Shown in pieces: positions 1 to 11,612 of a stretch of 61,101 bases of DNA. The stretch is from Mesotaenium endlicherianum (lineage: Eukaryota), in contig WELA01000937.1 of assembly GCA_009602735.1 (NCBI GenBank), forward strand, positions 273,581 to 334,681, in the 5' to 3' direction. The first letter of the stretch is position 1. Every line of letters starts with the position of its first letter. Under the pieces are notes generated by a model. The model searched no databases, had not been told where the DNA came from, and saw only the letters and a program-made list of their open reading frames with translations. The translations under genes and the position numbers were made by a program.

Positions 1-677
1 GGGGGGGAGGGTGTGAAGGCTGTCTTTGAATCTGCCTTAGATCCTTTGCTCCTTTTTTTTCTGTTGTGCATTTATTGGAAGTTGGGCAGCATGTATCTGA
101 GCTGAGCGCGCGCATGGGCCGGGGCTGGGCTAGAGAAGGAAAGAAGGGAAACAGGGGGGAGAGAGGGGGCAGGGGGGGAGGCTGGGAAGGAGGTAATTGA
201 AAGCTCTGTGGCTTGTCTATTGAATCAACGACCGTCTAGTCCACATAATTGTTTGTGGTTGTGCAGTTTGAGTGATCGAGCCTTGCCGCGCAGCTCTGTC
301 TTTGCTCGTGCTCACGCACTTGGATTGCGCACATTGACACAGGCGCACACACTCTCTCACGTAGAGTGTTTGTGTGCGTGCGTGCGTGTGTATATGTGTG
401 TGTGTCTGTCTGCACGTCTGCCTTGCATGCTCTTTCTTGTGTCCGCTTTGTGTCCACCAACGAGTAGGACTAATTTTTTCAAGGTATTTTGACTTCAAGC
501 TTCATGCATCTGCCTGCTGCCTGTCATGCATGCCATGCCTCAGCACTCGCCACGTGGCTCGCTGTTCAGGGCGCCGGCACCAATTGTTGAAACGGCACAG
601 CACATTTCGCGAGCGTGCGGTTCTACGCGTGTCCTCACCGTGCAGTGTGGCCGTGTGGATGAGCTGCTGGTGGACAG

Positions 678-3600
678 GTGTGCGTCTCCGCCGTGGAGCC
701 TCAGGCGTTTGTGGCGGCAGTCGAAGCCGGCGCCCACATGGCAAGCCTTAAACCCTAAAGATTCTAAACTTGATTCCTCCCTCTTTCGCATGTGGCGTAA
801 ACCCCGCTTGCTCTTGGCCTGCATTCACACCCCTTGTAGGTCTCCTCTGGAAAGCTAGCCCTAATTTTCCACCCAAGCAGGCCCACATGGCAAGCCGCAA
901 CCTGGCTTGCTCAGTCCCGCCCAACGAGTGCTAACCCTAGTCTGCCACCGCCCCACAAGAGGCTCTTTTGTTTTGTCTCTGCCGTTGTCTTTGTCTTGTT
1001 TCGTTCCTCCTCCTCCTGTATTGCACTTGGCAAACCCGCAACTTAAGCAGGCCTTCTTTGCCTGACTGGGAAGCCTTTGGTCACAGCGGAGCACCCACCC
1101 AATGAAAACCCTCGCCCCCACTCCTGCAAAAAGAAACCTGGCGTCTGTTCCACGAGAGGCCACCCTCTGTTCCGATCTCTCCCCACGTGGCCTCAGCCTC
1201 TCATGCCAGCAGGCGGCTCAGAGCAGCTGCTAATTGGATGGGAGGGAGGGAAGGGGGGGGTGGGGNNNNNNNNNNNNNNNNNNNNNNNNNNNNNNNNNNN
1301 NNNNNNNNNNNNNNNNNNNNNNNNNNNNNNNNNNNNNNNNNNNNNNNNNNNNNNNNNNNNNNNNNNNNNNNNNNNNNNNNNNNNNNNNNNNNNNNNNNNN
1401 NNNNNNNNNNNNNNNNNNNNNNNNNNNNNNNNNNNNNNNNNNNNNNNNNNNNNNNNNNNNNNNNNNNNNNNNNNNNNNNNNNNNNNNNNNNNNNNNNNNN
1501 NNNNNNNNNNNNNNNNNNNNNNNNNNNNNNNNNNNNNNNNNNNNNNNNNNNNNNNNNNNNNNNNNNNNNNNNNNNNNNNNNNNNNNNNNNNNNNNNNNNN
1601 NNNNNNNNNNNNNNNNNNNNNNNNNNNNNNNNNNNNNNNNNNNNNNNNNNNNNNNNNNNNNNNNNNNNNNNNNNNNNNNNNNNNNNNNNNNNNNNNNNNN
1701 NNNNNNNNNNNNNNNNNNNNNNNNNNNNNNNNNNNNNNNNNNNNNNNNNNNNNNNNNNNNNNNNNNNNNNNNNNNNNNNNNNNNNNNNNNNNNNNNNNNN
1801 NNNNNNNNNNNNNNNNNNNNNNNNNNNNNNNNNNNNNNNNNNNNNNNNNNNNNNNNNNNNNNNNNNNNNNNNNNNNNNNNNNNNNNNNNNNNNNNNCCCC
1901 CCCCCCCCCTTTCTCTCTTCCTCTCTCTCGCGTGCGTGCGCGCTCGCTCACAGACAGACACGTGCGCAAACAGCTCCTCCTGCGTTTGCTCTGAACCTTT
2001 TGAGGAGAGCCCTCTGCCTGTGCTCTGGGGAGGGGAGGGGAGCAGGTGGAGATTGGCAACTTTGACTCCTTCTATGCGGCCGGCCGCACCTTCTCAGCGG
2101 AGGAGGTTCTGGAGCTCACCAGGGCCACCCGGGAGCTGCTGCCACATGTTGCCCTGTCGGTCACCGTCCCGCACATGATGCCCCTCGACCAGCAGGTTGG
2201 CTCCCACCCCTTGAAGCAACAGAGCACGCGTGAATGCCCACATGCGCTCGCATGCACACGCGCGCGCGTGTGTGTGCGTGTGCGTGTGCGTGTGCGCGTG
2301 TGTGTGTGTGTGTGTATGTGGATGCGTGGAGGAACATGCGTTCTCCCTCGCTTTTTCTTGCCCCGGTTGTGCAATTCCTTCCAGCACCCAGGCACCGCAT
2401 AACATGTTCCTGTTCCTCTTCCTGTTCCTCTCACCTTTGCGACTTCCCTCTCAGTTCTTGTGCTACTTTTGAGTTCTTGCTGGCCTGCTTCAGCAGCAGA
2501 GCCTGTGCCTCCTCAAGTTGGTGCGCAGTACCGGCCGGGTGTTTCCCAAGTGTATGCATGCGTGGCCCTTGTACTTAACGGAAGAAAATGTGCGCGTGCA
2601 CGCGCGCGCACACGTGTAGGTACACCTGGCGGAGGCGCTGGAGGTGTGTGGCGCTGACATCATCCAGACGGAGGGCGGCACCAGCTCCGCGCCGTCCAGC
2701 GCTGGCGTCCTCGGCCTCGTCGAGAAGGTCGGCTCCTCGTCCTCCCCCCTGCTCCTCCCCGCTCCTCCTCCTCCTCCTCCTCGTTCTCCTCCTCCTCCTC
2801 CTCCTCCCTGCTCCTCCTCCCTGCTCCCTACTCCCCCAACTCCACCACCACCACCACCACCACCACAAGAAAGTCATTACCACTGCCGCTACCGCCGCCC
2901 TGGCTATAGCCACTACTACCACCACCAGTACCACCGCCCCACCACAGCATCAGCAGTACGGCCACAGCCACCAGCAGCATCACCACCCCTGCTGTGACCA
3001 CCAGCAATAACGACACCCTTTGCATCAGCCCCAGCACTAGAACCACCAGCACCACCACCACCACCACAAGCAGCAGCAGCAGCAGCAGTAGCACTAGTAT
3101 CACCACCTCTGCCACCACCCTAGCAAGGATAACACCGCCAGCAGCAGGAGCGCCAGCGGCAGCGGTAGCAGGAGCAGCAGCAGCAGCAGCAGTTTAGTGG
3201 CGGTCTCCAGCAGGGCCATGCAGTGGCCGCCAGCCAAGCTCGCTTCGCTTACCCCGGCCGCCTCCCCCATCAGACTCTCGAGGCCGCCACCTGCTGCTCT
3301 CGCCTGCATTGTTTCGCGGCATGTGTGGCCACCCACACTGCTTGATAATAAGCTGCAGCTGTCGACCATCTCACCCAGGCACAATCATCCGCCAGCCGCC
3401 ACGTGTCGCCGCCTCTGCCCGTCCAGTCCAGTCCAACCTCTGCGACCTGCTGTGTGTGTGTGCTCATCCAGAGGCTTGAGAAAAGTTTGCCGTGCACGCT
3501 GCCTGGCATTGTTCTCATATTGAACCCCACAATAACCCTCCCCCCCCTCCCCTCGCAAGTAGAACGGGGCCAAAGATCGAGCCTCCCCCCCTCGCTTCTC

Positions 3601-4668
3601 TTCTCCTGCTCCCTTTTGGCCATGCACTGACACCTGCCAGCTGCCACCTGGCACTGTGGCACGTGGCTCGCGCGCGCGCTGTTGCAGGCTGCCCCCACGC
3701 TGGCGGCGGCGTACTCGATCGCGCAGGCGGTGCGCATCCCTGTGATGTGCGCGTCGGGCCTCAGCGCCGTCACGGCCCCCATGGCGCTCGCGGCCGGCGC
3801 CGCTGGCGTTGTCAGTCTCCGCCCTCCGTCTCCTCCCCTCTCTCCCCCTCCCTCCTCCTCGCCTCCTGGTCTGCTCCTCCTCCCTTCTCGGCTCCGGTCT
3901 TTTTCTCCTTGCCTTCCCTTTGTCTCCGCTCCCCTTCTCCCTCCTCTCCACTTCCGTCTCTTCTCCTCCATTTCCCTCTCTCTGCTGTCCTTGCTTGTTC
4001 CCTTCCCCTCTCTGCTCCCTCCTCACCCCTTGCTCCCTCACTTCCTCGCTCGCTCACTGTCTCACGCTCTCCATCCCTTGCACCCTCTTTCCAGAAACCC
4101 GTCATTACCTCCGCCACCAGGTTACTCTCTTGGAAAGTTTTAGTTGCTGGCCTACTCCGGTCCACCCTGAGAACGTCAGAGCGCCTGCCCATACTCGTAA
4201 AATGAGGATAAAAAGAACGATAAGAGGGGACTGTCAGCCTTTGTGTCCTTATGCCATGCTTTCCTCTGGCGATTGCTCAAAGAGAGCGCGCTCTGCCTTC
4301 TCCCATTTCGTGCTACAATAGTAACCGACTTCGAAAGTGACACTGAAAAGAGGTTCATAGGGGCTGAAAAGTCCGGAACTTCCTTTCCTCTGCCCGTCTC
4401 GTCTACGTAAGCTCTTCATTTGGCCAGTGTCTACGCTACCATATTCGGTACTCTCTTTCTCTGACAACTGGGGTTGTGGGGCAAAAACGACGGCGGGGGC
4501 CGGCACCATGCAACCGATCGGTGCATGCAGGGCGTGGGATCGGCCATCAACAAGCTCAACGACGAGATTGCCATGGTTGCTGCCGTCCGCTCTATTGCTG
4601 ACTCCATGGGCCTCCCCTCGGCAGCCGCCGCAAAGCGATCCCAGCGCGCCTTCTCCTCCTCCCAGTAG
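678..4668 (+). CDS. ycf23: Ycf23 / DUF561 family protein, 5'-partial (earlier exons lie upstream of the window or were not identified)
   Basis: Five in-phase exons: 678-740 (VCVSAVEPQAFVAAVEAGAHM), 2046-2195 (VEIGNFDSFYAAGRTFSAEEVLELTRATRELLPHVALSVTVPHMMPLDQQ), 2620-2727 (..GADIIQTEGGTSS..LGLVEK), 3688-3810 (AAPTLAAAYSIAQAVRIPVMCASGLSAVTAPMALAAGAAGV) and 4531-4668 (GVGSAINKLNDEIAMVAAVRSIA..stop). EIGNFDSFY, IQTEGGTS, ASGLS and GVGSAINKLN are characteristic of Ycf23/DUF561. All acceptors are AG; the first donor is GC. Confidence 0.9.
1266..1896. other. Assembly gap (N run) within a ycf23 intron
   Basis: Continuous Ns flanked by G and C homopolymer runs. Confidence 0.99.
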
Positions 4669-5903
4669 GCAGGCGGGCTCTGTGCATGCTGAGCTTTGAT
4701 TGTGCTTCAGTCGAAGAACACCCCCAAAGCTTGTTCCGAATAGGTAGGAAGGGGTGGACAGTTGGGACTTACTATTTTAGCGCCTCGCAGATGTGACGAA
4801 GCGTGGCCTGATGCTCACCAATATGCAACTCAGGCGGAGTTTGTGGCTTCCATGCAGTTTGGATGAGCAGAGATTATTATGCTCGATGATATCTGTCAGC
4901 CCCAGAGTGTAAATTCTGAAGTGGTGAACTGTGGGCTAGCTCCTCCCTGTAGGTAACAGCGATCAGCCGGCTCCACTGGGGCTCCACTGGGGCCAAGAAG
5001 GAACGTGCTTGTTGAAAAAGAGGGGAATTGTTGCAAGCTGGGGGGCTCACTAGCTGGTGTTCGATGGAGAGGCAAAGCACGAGCGTGTCATTGACGATGC
5101 AGAGGCAAGGGCATTGTAGATGCACTGCTTTCCACCTGGCTTGTGGCTAAAGACAGTGCACGTGTGCGACTTTGTGGGAATTAAAGTGTACCTGCAATCT
5201 CCCCATCACGCATGTTGGTTGGTGCATGTAAACGTTCATGTCACGTCTTCTAACCATGTTGTGCAAGCTGCTGCCTTTAGGTCGTCACATGCATTTCAGT
5301 TGGACACCTTTTTCAATGCGTTCAACATCCGCAAATAGAGCACCCCTTACTGCAAACATCACCACAACATTCAAGAAATTGTGCATTTGTGACGTTGCTG
5401 CGTCATCCATTAGGCCCACCTCCACTGAAAGGCATGCATCTCTGTCAATCAAAGCATCTGCCAGATGTGCTCCCAAGACCAGAAGAAAGTTGCAGATTAA
5501 GGCCAAAATGCAACAGCCATGTGATGACCATAATCCTGAGTTCAAACACATATCTGTTACCTGGAAGGCTGCAGCTTTTGGGCGAGAGTCGTGCGCCAGG
5601 AAGCTCAAGCTACATTCTTTGTCTACTTAGAGTATGCAAAGTACCACGGAAATTGAGCTACTTCCAAGTGTGACCCTCCTAGGATGACAGGTGTCCAGGC
5701 CCTGTGTGCCTTGGAGTGACTCTCTCTCTCCTTCCTTGCACTTTATTTGAACGCGTGTGCATGATTCCCTGAATATCACTGAGGGAGTACTCTGAAATTT
5801 ACAAAAGAGGAGGTGAAAAAAACTTAAATGGCGACAGGAGCTGTGAGGCCAATTTTTCCCGACACATGGAGGAAAGGAGGGGGGGAGAGGGGGAGAAAAA
5901 AGA

Positions 5904-8239
5904 CTAGGAGGGTGCGGTCGGGGGGATGAAATCAAGAGTGGGAATCTCCAACCCCACGCGGTGGGCCGTGTCCTTGAGCCGTGCCGCCTTCTCCACGTCT
6001 CTGTCTGTCGTTATGTTGTACGACAGGAGCAGCTCCTGCTTGAATTGCACAGAAGGAAAAAATATAATCAAACACATCAGACACAATGTGCATGAGCACA
6101 CGCACAAACACGCTCACATAAGAGTAGAGTTCTGCTTCGTCTTGACAAGGTGGGCATGAGCAGCTTCATGAGAGAGTGCGCTCACGGAGGAAGCATGATC
6201 ACGTTACAACAGGTGCGTGCACGTTGGGACACTTGCAGGCAGATCATTTGGAAAGATCCGGACATGGACTTAAACGTCAGGCATTGCCGCAGTTAAGCGG
6301 CGCGCCGCAAAAGGCAAGGGCGCAGGGCCATTGCAAGCGTTCCATGATTCAGAGCCAAGGAGGAAGAGAAAGCGCAAGGGAGAAGGCAAGCGTAATTTGA
6401 AACAAATCCTGAACGAGACAGCCGGAGTGCCAGAGGCCAGCTGGCTGGTGGGGTCGGGTGGGTTGGCTCAGCGTGGGGGCGGGTNTTATAAGCAGATGGG
6501 AGTTTCCCCTCGTATTCTTCCTGTCTCCTATCGAGATACAATTAACAACACTAAGCGCGTCTTACGTGAGAAGTGTTATCAAGAAATGGGTGCTTTGCTT
6601 TCCCAGAAAGGCTTTGTTTTATTAGATTTAGATTTAGTTAGTTGCTATACATCTATCTTGATAGGACTCTACCCTTCCCCTCTTCAAGCTATTCAACAAG
6701 CCATAGAAGGGCCCGGTTTATGGAATTTTATCCAAGCAGAGTTTGAGAAAAGTGGGAGAGGTTCAGTGTATAATAAACCAGCTGTCAAGATTTGTGTGTA
6801 TTCATCTTTCTTCTTAGGAGGTAATCGAGCTATGATGACTGGAATTTTGGAAAGCGTACGTAAGGATGTGGGTTTAACCCAGAAAGAATTCCTAAATTGT
6901 TCCTTTTATGAACAAAGTTATAAGACAGCTCAAGAGGTCACTCAGGAAATGATGAATTCATCGATTATTGCTGATTTCCGAAGCATCTCTCGTGAAATTT
7001 TTGAAGCCTATGAAGGAGATTTCCTGGTTGGTCCCACTGGACATTCTTATTTCGTCGATAAGGATACTTTTAAATCAGCCTATCCCAATTACCTCCAAAG
7101 CTTTGAGTTTGCTTTACTGGCTCAATCTACTTTAGAAACCTTAGAAGCTTTTCCTAGGGCCGAACTGATAGGACACTATCATGATGGAAACGTAATAGCT
7201 GTCCCGTTAGAAGAGAAAGAAGTGTTCCTTGAGAAACTGGCTATAAGTCTTCGAACTCTAGGTCAAGGTTTGGGGCTTAGATATCCCCAGAAGATTGAAC
7301 TTAAATCTATATTTTCACCCCCCCCCCCAACCCACCTCCCCCACCTGAGTTCCCCTCCTGTTCCTCCTCCGCCTTTTCCTCCTAAAACAGAAAAGAAACA
7401 CACCAGGGTGGCAGCATGCACCACGGGTCTAAACCCTAAGCCCAGTGGTGCAGGTCTCACTCAGGATGAATCGCAACCCTTGCCGGAGGGCAGGAATGCA
7501 GACCCTAACTCCACGACACCTGGCGCTTCGCCAACCCTCCTGAGCTGCGCTCCCCTAGCCCTGACCAGAAAACGTGATCCCACTGCCTCGGGAGTGACAG
7601 TTGCGGAGTGACAGGCGGCGGTCTTTTGGGCACTAGCACGCACATGAGGCTCTCTCGAGCTGGCGAGACGTTGGCGCACCAGCCGAGAACCACCATTGGC
7701 GACCTCACAGAGGCAAGACAAGGGGACTCCTGAGGGTTTCCTATAAACCCTAAGCCTGAAACCTGCTCTAACCCCCAACCCTGGTCCCCTGCAATTTTGA
7801 CATAATCCTAATCCTCTGCCGATCCTAAGTGTACTATCAAACAAAGCCCAATTCCCGCATCAACTCCTACCTCCAACCACCACCTTGATCTACGACCATA
7901 AACCTCATCTCCCTTCCATCTAAGGCCTGAAACCCTAATTTCTTGTCTTTAAATGCAAAGTGACGGGAATAGGGTGAAGCTGAGCGCACTTACACGATGC
8001 TCATGCACGCTGCTGACGAGGAACGCCAAGTCAGCTGCCAGCTGGACCTTCTCTGCCGCGGTTGGTGTCGACACATCCTCCCCTGCAGCTGATGCGGAGC
8101 CGCCGGCTGATGCCAGCTGTGCATGCTTCCGAAACTCGACAGCTACATGCTCTCTGAATCGTTGATTTCCCCCCACACGTGTGATGTTGCGATCCACAGT
8201 CCGCAGTAGGTCCCTGTAGGCCTTGCGCGCTGCCGCCAT
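5904..8239 (-). CDS. FMC1: FMC1-like LYR-motif mitochondrial protein (ATP synthase assembly factor-like), 125 aa, 2 exons
   Basis: Exon 1 8239-7994 (MAAARKAYRDLLRTVDRNI..FREHVAVEFRKH..LAFLVSSVHEHR, GTAAGT donor) and exon 2 6035-5904 (ELLLSYNITTDRDVEK..TAHRVGLEIP..TAG, CAG acceptor), both phase 0. The YRxLLR..EFR LYR pattern and the C-terminal H..LL..Y / A..VGL.IP pattern match FMC1-type proteins. Confidence 0.75.
6486..7316 (+). mobile_element. 5'-truncated, intronless ORF encoding a family A-related (TV-Pol-like) polymerase palm/fingers domain; foreign insert inside the FMC1-like intron
   Basis: About 275 stop-free codons starting just after a single N at 6485. Lines I counted are about 30-42% GC, whereas host exons are GC-rich. 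Motifs in Pol A order: PRIL..INNTKRVLR, motif A LLDLDLVSCYTSIL, motif B KPAVKICVYSSFFLGG, PNYLQSFEFALL, motif C IGHYHDGNVI, and C-terminal LRYPQKIELK. The ORF-finder call 6331-7611 extends into flanking intron sequence. Confidence 0.7.
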
Positions 8240-11200
8240 GTGGCAACTGCAGAGAATACTAAGGGCCATAGGTGTTGGAAGGGGACCAGACTTACATTCA
8301 CATGAAAGCTTCAGGATCAACCAGAGGAACTGAAAGAGTAACTACTGGCTCCCAAAACTCGTTCTGACAAAGCACCATTGTTAGTTTAGTTTGCAAAGAG
8401 AGTCAGAGCTACAGGTTGTCACAGACTCCAAGCACACAAGCACCACAGCAACCACTGTCTGCCCGCATGTGTAGTCTTAAGAGGTGCCGGCTCAAAATTT
8501 GCAGTAGGTTTGAAACCAAGCTCATTGAGGAATTTCTAGTCCACTGTGAAAAAGAAGGTGTCTGATTGAAATACTAGTCCAGAAGTTTAAAAGGTGGATA
8601 CAGGATGCAGATTACGTCTACAGTTATAAAGTTCTCCGCAGTAGGGAGGGAAAGGCAGCCAGATGGTACTCCAATTGCAATCACAGGAGCATACCTTTCA
8701 ATCCCAGACGATATCAAACAATAACTAGAACATCTCACTTCCAATTTTCCTTAATCTGCCCTGAGGATGCAAAAGTTACCTGGCGCCAACTCAACCTCCA
8801 AGAACAAGGGACGAAGCACGAACGACGAGAGTCCTCTGCAGCTACTTCGCAAGTACTAAGAGCACGTCAATTCGTTGAAGATTTTTCCCCAGTTGACGGG
8901 ATGTGAAGGAAATCCGGAAGTCCCCCACGCCCTTCTTAATCCCATGCGCTTTTACTGACTGTGAGGTGACCAGAATAATGGGAGCTATGATCTCGCCAAC
9001 GTGTCCAGGATTTCTGATATAAGCTTATCTAATATAAGCTGATTGTGATCGCTTTGACGACTATTAAAACTCAAGAATGCCAAAGAGGGGCTTCATCAGC
9101 TTGCATGAGCTTACGGCAACCCAAGTGGCATCGAGTTCGATACTCTGTGAGATGCTGAACTACACGTTTCGATATCACTGGTAACTTCTCTTATCTGCTC
9201 ACTTCAGCGTTGAATGTGAAGATGGAAAATAGCATACGAGTTTGTCGCTCTTACGGGCTCAGCTTCTCTTCCTCTGTCTGAACCAGATTTTCCATCCTCC
9301 TGCCTCTAGACCCAGTATCTTCTTGCTTCTTTTAGCCCGTGATTTGTGGAAAAAGTTTTTAGAAGTGCACGTAAGAGCACATCGCAAGCTTGAGTCAGTC
9401 CTCCAGCTTGACATGTGGCTCATATATAAAGACTCGAAGCCAGGTGGAACACTGGTGGTCTATCTGGTCTTACGTCTGTATGCTTCGCCCCAGCCTTCAG
9501 AGCAGGTTCTAAGTGCAAGTTCACTGAAACTTGGTGTTGAGCCTTAATCCTGAAGTGTTCAAGCAATGCCTTGCTCCCATACTAACGTTCAGAATGTCGA
9601 TGGATTCATGAGCCTGCGCTATAGCACCAACATGAAAGTACCGCCAGATGTGCTGGTTCATGGCCAGCCCATAATGGAGTCAATCACATTCATGTGACGA
9701 TTCAGTGTGACGCAAGGAACACAAAGAAACTTAAGGGGGTTGTCTTCAAGCTGTTGCATTCACCAGACCGTTTGCTTTTATTAAGTTGGCAGGAATGACA
9801 CTGCAGTGCTGGCGGCTGAGATTGCACATGCTTCAACTTTCAAGAAACAAATTGCACTCTGCATTTACTGCTCCTCGGTTCCAACCCTAATGGCCTGACA
9901 CAAATCATGAGGAGAGCAGGTGTTGTTGTGATGCACTTTGGATGCTGCTCTGCTAAATTTTCTCAGGTTGCAACTTGATTGAAGCAAGGGAAGCGCAATC
10001 TTTGAATTTGGTGTGGTCAATATTTGTCTTTCTTTTGGGATAACGACTGCTGCCTCCCTCTACCTCGCAGCCCACCATCAAAAAAGCGGTGTCTGTCTCC
10101 GCTTTACATGCCTAGTTAGACTTTGGTATCTGCCTTCCACGTGTATAACAAGCTGCTCCCGTCACTTATCTCGGACAATGTATTAACTGTTAATATCTTA
10201 TTGCCTATGCAGCGAAAGAATGTGATGAGTATTTTGCCGAATGTTTGCTGTGGGAAAATTGTGGGTTCAGTTCCTGTTGCCTATGCATGTGTTTTGTGTG
10301 TGTGTGTGTGCGCGCGCGCGCGCGCCAAGCCCATCTATGCTCCAGGTCATCTATGCATCACTTTTCCTTCTCTGTCCCTCTCAAGGGCTTTCTTGCAAAT
10401 CACAGCCCAGGGTGAGAACTGCTGTCATGCCACCTGGCGACCCGGTAGAAATGTCACATGGCAAACCCTTCATCTGGGCTAACTGCGCTCTATGCTTCTC
10501 TCTCTGAGGCTTAAAAAAGCCTCTGGTCACTCCTGTCCCTGCAGAGACCAATGGATGTGGCTTGCACCCTTCCTGGTCGCTCTGGCCTGTCACGCCTAAC
10601 ACTATACCTCAGTACTTGACATCAGTAGAAAGCTGTGCCCATGATGCAAGTCTGCACTTCTGTCATTTGGTGCCCAGCAGAGGCTGCTCTCTGTCACATA
10701 TACATTTCGTATGTAGCTTGTGAAAAAGGCAGACAGGGTGGCTGTCGGTTAGAGGCATAGGAGGATTCCTTACCTTGATGTGAAAGCTCAGGTAGGAGTT
10801 GAGGTCTTCACGTGCGTTCCTTGTGACTAATCAGCTGAAATTCAAGACATAAGTATGGGAATGCAGTCTGTAAGACTTCCAAACAGTCTTCTGGAGCCTG
10901 TTGCTTGTTGGCTCCAATTGTACATAATGTTTTGCTGTCAATGGACTTTTGATATAGATAAATAGGTTTGACCTATAAAGCAGGAGTATTCCAGAACCTG
11001 TTTACCAAGGCCCCGGCCGGAATAAGGTTGGTCAAGAAATCCATGACATCCCCCTCTTACTAATCTTATGGATATCAGTGTGCACGTTACTGCAAATAAG
11101 CTGCACATGCGACACATACATGGCAGGGTACACAGCTATATCACTATGCGCAATGCAAACGCAAACAGATGGGTTAGAATATACGATGGTTGAATCTTTG

Positions 11201-11612
11201 AGAGGCGTTCAGGAGCAACGCGCCGCCTCCGGCCAATTGTTTTCCGCGTACATCTAATGGACGCAGCTAATTTCTAACTAGCTATCTGCCTTGCTTTGGT
11301 GCAAGCTTATGGGTGAGCCTTTCAGTCAAAACGCGCGGTTGTGATACAAATCTGAACCGCAGCTTAACTGTTGGAAAGTCCCATCCCCATCCTGTGCATA
11401 TTTTCCCAACTATGATGCAATATGAAATAATTTCAACTATACAGAAGTGTACGAGCCCCCTTGGCCTAGCAGCAGTACCCATAGCTGTTCAATACTTGGT
11501 CCAACCAGGCGGGACCAAATTTCTCACATAGAACCAACTCTAATTTGCCTGGAAGTTTGAAGTTTCTTACTTCCAGAACTTGTCACCCTGGACGTTCTCG
11601 AGAGTCGAGAGA

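Noticed and set aside
1077..2178. Long ORFs across N gaps (also 15101-15763 and 16869-17422)
   Set aside because: They are open only because Ns translate as X.
2728..3200. Pro/His/Thr/Ser-rich ORFs that resemble extensin
   Set aside because: They are trinucleotide microsatellites (CCT, CCA, GCA) inside a ycf23 intron bounded by a clear GT-AG pair.
6331..7611. Full 426-aa ORF as a single real protein
   Set aside because: It spans an N at 6485 and a poly-C junction. The N- and C-terminal parts are GC-rich intron read-through; only about 6487-7316 looks like protein.
10222..10300. Possible C/D-box snoRNA (GTGATGA followed by ATTTTGCCGA, complementary to an LSU rRNA segment)
   Set aside because: There is no suitably placed CTGA D box or terminal stem, and a 10-nt match is expected by chance.
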